Below, piece after piece: positions 56,101 through 64,000 of a stretch of DNA of 64,000 bases; position 1 is the stretch's first letter, and every line of letters begins with the position of its first letter. The stretch is taken from positions 79,176,001 to 79,240,000 of the forward strand of contig CM052816.1 in NCBI GenBank assembly GCA_028534125.1. The letters run 5' to 3'. The notes beneath the pieces were generated by a model, which worked only from the letters and a program-made list of their open reading frames with translations, was not told the origin of the DNA and did not search any database. A program made the position numbers and the translations under genes. This DNA comes from Lama glama (lineage: Eukaryota).

Positions 56101-56850
56101 TCATCTGACAGCAGAACTTACTTTCTATATTTGGGGAAGGTCCCACTCCATGAGGCAGAGCCCTGCCTCTCACTGGAGAAAGTGAAAACACCCGCTCTTC
56201 TCTTTTATGACTCCCATTGCTGGCACCCAGGCACATGATGGACAAGGCACGTTGTTGTCAACAATGGGCGCCAGCTCTGGGCCAATAATGTGAAGCTATT
56301 GGATGACGCTGCTCAGTCTGCTCTGGAAGGTGAAGGTGGCTGTTTTCAGTTTCTGGAGGTACCAGTGGTTGAGATAAGGGGTGACTCTGTGGCTCCATGT
56401 TTCATTCTTTGGCCCTTCCAGTTATTCTGGGAACCCTCTCCTAACTTTTACTAAATCCCTTTTGCGATCAAATTAACCAAAGCTGGTTCCTATTGCTTAA
56501 AGCTCAGAATCGTGACTTAATGTAATGGTACAACATCGTAACTATTTCTATGTGTCTTTGTCCCCATGTGTCTGGGAGCTGGGAACATCTCCTCTCACCT
56601 CTGTATCCTCAGTGCTCAGCACGGTGCAAAGTGATGCAAGGCAGATTCTCAACAAATTGCAGTTAATTCATTCGTTTGCAAACTAATTACTTAATTGTTG
56701 AAAAAAGGGTTCTGAAAATCCAAGCTAAAAAAATGACAGCAAATGGTGCCAGGCTATTTCCAGTGGCTGAGAAGAACCGTGGCCTATTCTGGAGAGCCGT
56801 CTATGTATTTCTCACAAAAGACAAGTACACTCGCAGAGAGTTTTACAGCA

Positions 56851-56856
56851 TTTAAT
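56851..56856 (-). terminator. IL7R: Candidate IL7R polyA signal (ATTAAA)
   Basis: tttaat on + strand, ~3.0 kb past the IL7R stop, similar to the long 3'UTR of mammalian IL7R. Confidence 0.5.
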
Positions 56857-59329
56857 TAAATATATGATTGTCACACACATCGGATAATTATACTTAGCAG
56901 CTCTGCAAAATATTTGTAATGCATGTGGGAAGTATATAGTCAAATCAGAGACTTTCAGTGTAGTGAACGATGGATATTCTTAAGAATAACCCCAGAGAAA
57001 AACCACTGAGCTGTCAGAAATGGCATCTGATACACGTCACTCTGGCTATCTGATCACATAGGCTCACCGTCTTCCTGGCCAGTTCTGAGTCTTGCCGCCT
57101 CTCTAGAAACGCTATGAAAACACAAGTCTGGAAAATACACATTTGAAACAGCCCACACTTGGCTTCTCTGCAGCAAACGCCCTTGGAAATCAGAATGAAG
57201 GGAGAGGCAAAATCTGGTCAATCCACCCAGTAAGCCAGCGTCCCCTAGACTCAGACATGGTTGTTTAATTGACCAGATTCTCCGCCTATTTATGTTTTCT
57301 TTTCATTTTATGTTACACAGAATCAGCAGTTTACATCTTTGATTTATACAATGTCCCTGACCAGGAGTTTTTCTTTCTTAATAAAAACCACAGGGGGTTG
57401 GTCAGAACAAATTTGCGATCTTACATTAGACATTGTCCCCGAGTATATAATCAAGCATTAGCAGCAGTTATGATTACATAAGAGTATGATACATGGATTT
57501 TACATGCCTCCAGTAACAGACAGACATTCACACGCTCAATTCAAATGATAAACTGTGCCAAACAACATTGGAACAGGGGTATAGAGCCGGAGGGACCTTG
57601 ATCTTCCTCTGGACCTAGCTCCTCTTTTCTTTGAGACATTGCTATGTTTACAAGGGATACAAACTTACAGCTTCAGTGTGTAAGTTTGAATAAGTTATCT
57701 GTCCTCTCTGTGTCCGAATTTTCCCGTAAGGCAAAGATAATGCAATAAGTATTTCATAGGACCTCTGGATAAGGTGCGAGAGAGCTCGGCTGGGCGTGAG
57801 GTTTTCTGTGATGATCTCTTCCTTGAGACGTGGCTTGCATTTCTACCGAAGGTAGAGAACCCGTGTCCACCTGGTGGAAAATACCTTCTGCTGCTTACAT
57901 GCCAGGCAGATTCTGCCTTTCCTCCACGCAGAGGTACACCACTCTTGTGGCGTTTTCCCTGACTGCCTCCGACAGGGCACTCTGAACATGCCTCCATGAT
58001 AGCATTCTGTGTTACTATCATCATTTGTTTACAAAGCTGCCTTTCATTAAATTTTTCACTTTATGGGGGCAGGGTCGCAAACTTATTTGTCTTAAATACC
58101 TGTCAAGGAAATGAAAGGGATAATGCTCACCGAAGTGCTTTGAAAAGTCACAAAAGCACTGAGAAAATCTAAGGGGTTATGGACTGACAGTCAGCACAAC
58201 TGATTCACACTTGGAGAGGACTTGGAAAGGACACCACTCAACTGAAGAATAAGCTGGTCTGACAATTATTAGTCCTCTGAGCCCACAGATAAGGCCCATG
58301 AGTCCACGAGTTAAAACTCTCTTGATAGACATCACAAAACAAAGCAAACCAAAGAATTTTAAAAATTAAAAAGACTTAGTCTCTCCCAAAACAAACTAAA
58401 AACAGAACAAAGAAAAACGTAAAATGTAGACAACAACTGTGAGGACAAACTCGCAAACAACAGCATCAGTCCTGGACCGATGTGTTTCTTTCCTTCCCCT
58501 CTGCTGCCTCTGCTCTGCCGGGGTCTGTGTGCAGAGGGGCCTTGGGGGGCTGTTGGGGTAGGCTCAGCTGACACCGCTCCACTGCCTTGACTTGGCTTTG
58601 GAATAGATAGACTTTAGAAACTTATTCTAGACCAAGAAATGTAAGAAGACACTTGCCAGATGCTAACAATATGTCTTTCCTCCATATCTTTAAGAACACG
58701 GTCACAGTCAGTTCACTCACTGCGTATGCTTGTAGTGCCTTCTCCGCGAAATTTGTGGCAATATCCACGGCAGTAGACATCCGGACAGCAGGTGAATTTG
58801 GGTTGGGTGGTCCCTGCGCACATAGAAAGGTTGTTTCCTGGCTTATTGCTCGAATGCACCAGCGTCCAGAGTCAGGCACGTGTTCTCCCATCATCAGTGG
58901 ATGCGGTTGGGTGGGGGGAGCAAGAAGATCTTGCTCTTGGCCACTATTAATAGAAACTCTGGGCTTCTAGTTGATTATTCTTTGAGTATTTTTTCAGAAA
59001 AAATGAAATGAAATGAGCTTTGTGGCTCTTTCTTGCCTTCTCCACTTTTTGTAGGTATGGCTGGATTCACACATCGTGAGACCATTCCCTTCCCACTGTC
59101 TTCCTCATAGCCTTTTTGGTTTGGGTGACCAGATGTCCCCATTTGTCTGGTATATTCCTGGTTTACACTTGTTGTCCTGGAGTGGCTACTTGTAACTTTC
59201 TCTTTTGCTTTCAAAAGTGACCCAGTTTGGACAATAAACTATAGGGTCACCTTGTTATTAGCGAGGTTTGGCTATCAGGAGTGGGACAGTCCCTAGTAGG
59301 AGAAAGGAGCCTGGTTCGGAGGGGACTGC

Positions 59330-59535
59330 AGTTAGACTCCTGGGCAGCAAATCTTGGTTCTATTCCTTGCTGGTTGGGGAACACGGATAAGTTAATTTAA
59401 GCCACTGTTTCACCGTCTATAGCAAAGAGAACAATAATAATTGCACCCACCTCCCAGGATTATTGTGAAGATGCAGTGAGACAAGATGTGCAGGCACGTA
59501 GCACAGCACTGTGTATACAGTAAGTGCTAATAATG
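59330..59535 (+). mobile_element. MIR SINE, antisense within the IL7R 3'UTR
   Basis: aataataattgcacccacctcccaggattattgtgaag...agcacagcactgtgtatacagtaagtgctaataatg. Confidence 0.65.
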
Positions 59536-59869
59536 GTATCGATCATTCTCATTCTCCTTTCCTTCTTTCTTCCTTTGCTCCCTTTCTGCTTCCCCTGTCC
59601 CCCCCATGCTTTCCCCCACCCTTTCTTTTACTCTTTTCTGCTTTTTTCCTTCCTAAAATAACTGAATCACCAGAGTTGCCTGATGCAAAGTGCTCCTGCC
59701 TCCTGCTGAATGCCGCTGAAGTGGGGAGGCATGGTCAAAGCGATGTTTCAGAGTCCTGCAGATCATGCAGAGGGGCTGCGTTAGTTTTGTCTTCTTTGTG
59801 CTGTGAGAAAGAGTAGGATTCAGTCATCTTTGTTCATCACAATGGTTCTGGTCTTGGGTTTCTTGCAAT

Positions 59870-60373
59870 TCACTGGTTTTGGTAGAAGCTGGACATGGTA
59901 ACATACGCTTCCTCTTGACTTGATCCCAGGGAAGTGAGGGCGGGCTGTCCCTGGGCAGCAGGATTCAGTGTCAGGATTCCTGACTGGAAAGGAAATGGAG
60001 AGGGCAGGGTGCTGTTTGTAGTTCCAGGGCCAAGCAGCAAGTCCTGGTGCACGAGTGGCCCGTTCTTGCCACCTTCCCTGCAGTCTGGGGACCTGGAGGA
60101 GGGGAGCACTGGGGCATCGCATACACTGATATTCCCAGCCAGGCATCTGAATGGTGATTCTCCTATGAAAGTTTTTGGGGTGAAGACTGGATGCTCGGAG
60201 GGCCAGTTTGGGCCCTGCATACCCTCTCCGAGCCTCTGTTTCTCAGAATCCTCTGGTTGTGAAGGAAGAGGGTCTTGCAGAAAGCCTTCTGCTTCATCTC
60301 TAGCTTGAATGCCATCTACCTTATGAATCTGACAGTCCAGGAAACTTTCGGGATTGAAACTCACATTCAAATT
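59870..60373 (-). CDS. IL7R: Interleukin-7 receptor alpha, exon 8 (cytoplasmic tail)
   Basis: ttttggtgcag|AAT acceptor; [17 protein letters not shown]...[18 protein letters not shown] motif (Y449); 504 nt. Confidence 0.97.
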   Translation of the reverse strand, partial: NLNVSFNPESFLDCQIHKVDGIQARDEAEGFLQDPLPSQPEDSEKQRLGEGMQGPNWPSEHPVFTPKTFIGESPFRCLAGNISVCDAPVLPSSRSPDCREGGKNGPLVHQDLLLGPGTTNSTLPSPFPFQSGILTLNPAAQGQPALTSLGSSQEEAYVTMSSFYQNQ

Positions 60374-60779
60374 CTGCACCAAAAAAAGAGAGAAGGCATT
60401 AAGACTGCACCAGAGAGACACATCACCAAATGTTCTGCTCAGGAAAAGATCTGAAGAACTTTCCAACAGGGGTTCACCAGGAAATGTCAGAGAACTACCC
60501 ACATGGGCTAGCTGACTCTTTGCCTCTGGAGGTGCTATGACACTTCAGGGTCTAAAATGATCACTGGCCATGCCCCCTAGCCCTTGGGAGGCCTGGGAAA
60601 TTCTGAGACTTGTATCTCATTTTTGTTTCCTACCTCCAGGAACCTGCAGCTGGCATCTTATGAGGGACCCTGGTTATGTGACGCACCAAAGACCAAAACT
60701 TGAGGTCCAGCTCTTCCTCATCCTGCAATCTCATTCTTGGCTACTGGGGTGCCTTCAACATAGTGAGAGAAGCACTCAC

Positions 60780-60855
60780 CTTTTTTGGTTTCTTGCACAG
60801 TTGTTCCAGAGTCTTCTTATGATCAGGGAGACTGGGCCACACCATAGGCTTAATC
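60780..60855 (-). CDS. IL7R: IL7R exon 7 (Box1)
   Basis: 76 bp, ggtttcag acceptor, AAG|gtgagt donor; (R)[25 protein letters not shown]. Confidence 0.95.
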
Positions 60856-61772
60856 CTGAAACCAGAGGACATTGAAGAGGAAATGAATGGCAGAAGGAGC
60901 AGGCATAATATATTCTTCCGCTCATTCTGAGCCAGCAGCCAGAAGAGCAGATTTCTAGTCTAGGCTCTGCCACAACTAGGTGTGACCTTGGATGGTGACT
61001 TGCCTTATCTGGGCCTCAGTATCCTACCAATCCAGGGAAGAGCTGGACCAGGGAACATTACCAGTGATCTACTCTGTGAGCAAGAAAATGATGTGACACT
61101 CCCAGGAAAGAGCTCTAGAGAAGAGGAGCAAGGAGGCTTGGCAATGGTTTAGCTGTGAAACAAAACTCTGATCTGCTCACAAAATAGGTGTTGTCATCTC
61201 ATTCCTTCTCTTTATTGGCAGCAACTCCTCTGCTCTGATTTTGGTAGAAGCGAGACATAAGGGTAATTGCTTTGGGTGGTACTTGTCAAGCTGGAGCATC
61301 TTGGGGATATAGGACCCTTTGCTGAGAACATCTTTCTAAAACATTAATAACTTGACTGGTGCATGTCTAAAATATCACTTTAATGATGAAACAAGCATGG
61401 CTCTATCATGGGATAGAATGCAAAACTCCCACGAATTTGTGTGCCGAAAGTGTAGACTTCAAACACATTCTGTATTTTTTACGGGTGCCTCCAGCTGTCC
61501 AGGCATTCTGGAAACATGGTGCCTACTTCTTTAGGATACTTTGGAGGAAAGATTTAGCAGAAAGCTAGTCCTATGTTGTTATATATTTTTACCTTTTATG
61601 AAATTAACTGTGGAAATTCACCAGTGCCTGAGGATAAGAAGGGATGTTGGGCATTGTAATTCCTGAGATGCCTTATTTCCCCTTTGTAGTTTTCTCATCA
61701 AAAAATAGGATTAGAGCTCTGACTGTCTGGAGTCCCACATAACCACTCTCTTGATTAGTTAAAGAAATTCAC

Positions 61773-61866
61773 CTTTTTTTCCATAACACACAGGCCAAAA
61801 TGACCACAAGAGCCACAGAGAAGAAACTCAGAATGCTGATAGTTAGTGCAACAGGATCCATCTGCC
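61773..61866 (-). CDS. IL7R: IL7R exon 6 (transmembrane)
   Basis: 94 bp, cattccag acceptor, AG|gtgaat donor; (G)[30 protein letters not shown](R). Confidence 0.95.
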
Positions 61867-62773
61867 CTGGAATGCAAGAATAGATCTTAGTTAGCAGTCA
61901 TTAAGCACATGGTGGAGGAGACTTTCAGGATGCTCTGAGTTTATTTAATGACTTGAGCCCATTTATGATTTCTTGAAAGTTGCTCTTCAGTACACAGGAT
62001 GATGTACTAGTGTTTACGGGGGAATTTTGGCTTCAGTAAGTGGCACTGACTTAGGTGACCAGGTCCAGAAACTCTGTCACTTGAAATGTAAACATGACTT
62101 AGCATTAAAGGTAATGACACTCCATCCCTGACTCCACCGCCAAGAGAAAGAAGTTGAGCAGGGGGATGATCAGCGGATGCTCTACCCTGCAACTCAGCAA
62201 TTCCTAGGGTGAGGATGGGAGGCTGGTACTGCAGAACAATTCCGCTCATCCTACAGAGGGAAGGTATGTGTGGGGTGCTTCATGTCCCAGGGGTCTGCCT
62301 GAGCCATGTTCTTCGGCTCTTCTGGCTATTCTCACTTCCTAATCTTCCAGGATATCTTTATTATTCTAGGAAAGAAGGCATGGGAAAGCCACACCAGCCT
62401 GTTCATCTGCCATCTGCAAAGGTGTTCTCTGAAGGGGACTTAGAGGGCTCAGCCTTTGGGATCCCAGGCTACACTGGTAAAGTGGAGGTAGTTGGTGGGG
62501 ATTTTGTTCAGACCATTAGCAGCTCCAAGAAGTACTCAGAGCAGTGGAGTCCAGACATCCTACATCAGCTGATCAGTGACTAAGGGTTCTACTTCCATCC
62601 CTTGCATATTCTTTACAAAATGGGGAAAGATGGAGGGTCATTTTCCAAAGTAAGTTAGAATGCCCTCCGGGGAGTCCTAATTTGCGGCTTCGTTTCATCT
62701 CTCTCGTTCACACACTTTGACATGCCAAGCACTACAAAGGGGTGCTGGGGAACAGACTCTAGTCACTTCTCAC

Positions 62774-62942
62774 CTGTGATACTGGTCTCTGGAGTTCTGA
62801 AGTGGAAACTTGGACTCCATTCACTCCAGAAGCCTTCAAAATAGTTGGTGTCAGGGATGGACCGAACTTTAATCTCATACATTGCATCGGGTTGTAGATT
62901 TCTCTGCAGGAGCATCAGCTTTGTACTGGATAAGTTCACGTG
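62774..62942 (-). CDS. IL7R: IL7R exon 5 (FNIII domain, WSXWS)
   Basis: 169 bp, ctctttag acceptor, G|gtgaga donor; [56 protein letters not shown]. Confidence 0.95.
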
Positions 62943-63449
62943 CTAAAGAGCAAAAAGTGCCACTACATTTTTATGATGGAAAAAGAGGTGATGCCCACAT
63001 CTCCCAAATCATTTCAAGTTGAGTGTCTTTAGTCAAGTGGGCTCTATCTCGAGGTTCTCTCATACTGGTTAGGAAAAGGAGCCTGGACGCGGAGGAGTCA
63101 GAGCAGACTTGGGGCAGAGTGTGCAAGTTCACAAAGGACGCTACAAGCTGTCAAAGAAGGCAGTGGTTCAATGGGTCTTTATTCAGGTGAGCTGGGCTCT
63201 CCCACTCAGGGAGGATGTAAATCACTCCCAGGCTCCCACCTTCCTTTCCACACTCTAATCTCTTCTTTTTCTTTCTTGCCCCTTTCACATCACAGGGGGA
63301 GATGAAAGGGAATGGTAAGGTTAGTGAACAAGGATCATTTTCCTCTAAAAAGATATCACTCTACATTGTCAATAGCAATATGGAGACAACAGTCTCTCCA
63401 ACAACGTGTATCATTCTTAAGAGGAAAACATGCTCTAACAACTTGATAA

Positions 63450-64000
63450 CAACCATTGTTATTTACATTTATATTTGATTATTAGTTTCCTTATATTTAT
63501 TCAAATTATGTATTTCCTGTTTTGTGAGACATTTCCAAATTTTTTGCTAATTTTTCTATTGTTACATTTGTCCTTTTCTTAATGATTTATAAGACCTCTT
63601 TATATTTTTAGAATATTAACCATCTGTCAATTGTACGTGTGGCAATTTAATCCTAATTTCTAATGTGTCTTATGACTTTGATTATTGTGCATGCTGATGT
63701 TCATAAACCTTTATAAGGTTTCATGTAATCATAAGTTTCCATATTTTGCTTTATTTTACTGGTTCTGTGCTTAGTATGATCCTCTTCATCTCAAGATTAT
63801 ATAAACATTTACCTACATACTTTTTAGCCTGTTTAGAGTTTCACTTTTATGTAATTTCTCTAAATCATCTTTTGTTTTAATTTTTTTTGTTATATGGAGC
63901 AAGTGGGGCATGTAAGTTATTTTTTTCCCCAGTTAACTGATTGTCCTAGTGCCATTTATTCAAAATCCTTCCTTTCTTTACCAGAGTTGCTTGCCCATTG
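63450..64000 (-). mobile_element. Old L1 fragment in IL7R intron 4
   Basis: T-rich antisense L1-like sequence (gttattttttcccc agttaactgattgtcctagtgccatttatt). Confidence 0.5.

Noticed and set aside
60374..60502. N-terminal part of the 210-aa minus-strand ORF
   Set aside because: Open intron 7 sequence; IL7R homology starts at the acceptor at 60373.

Overview
Mammalian genomic DNA, not prokaryotic. A tRNA-derived SINE resembling the camelid Vic-1 type suggests a camelid host. The gene order UGT3A(+), CAPSL(+), IL7R(-) matches the known UGT3A-CAPSL-IL7R synteny block. The window holds UGT3A exons 3-6, cut off by a 500-N gap, with the last exon not visible. It also holds the complete 208-aa CAPSL coding sequence in four exons, a candidate RFX/NF-Y promoter near 18.1-18.4 kb, and IL7R exons 5-8 with a ~3 kb 3'UTR. 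L1, L2, MIR, MaLR and DNA-transposon relics fill much of the rest; their family names come from recalled consensus sequences, not a search. The main finding is a second, intact, paralogous CAPSL terminal exon at 48603-48704. It has the same phase and length as the canonical last exon, is 23/33 aa identical with mostly synonymous divergence, and has its own acceptor and polyA signal. It would give an alternative C-terminus that changes EF-hand 4. Other findings: a TSD-flanked ~340-bp element fusing L1 5' and 3' ends, an unusual UGT3A sugar-donor motif (PILEDQ), IL7R Y401H, and no AATAAA at the IL7R intron-6 position where human has one.
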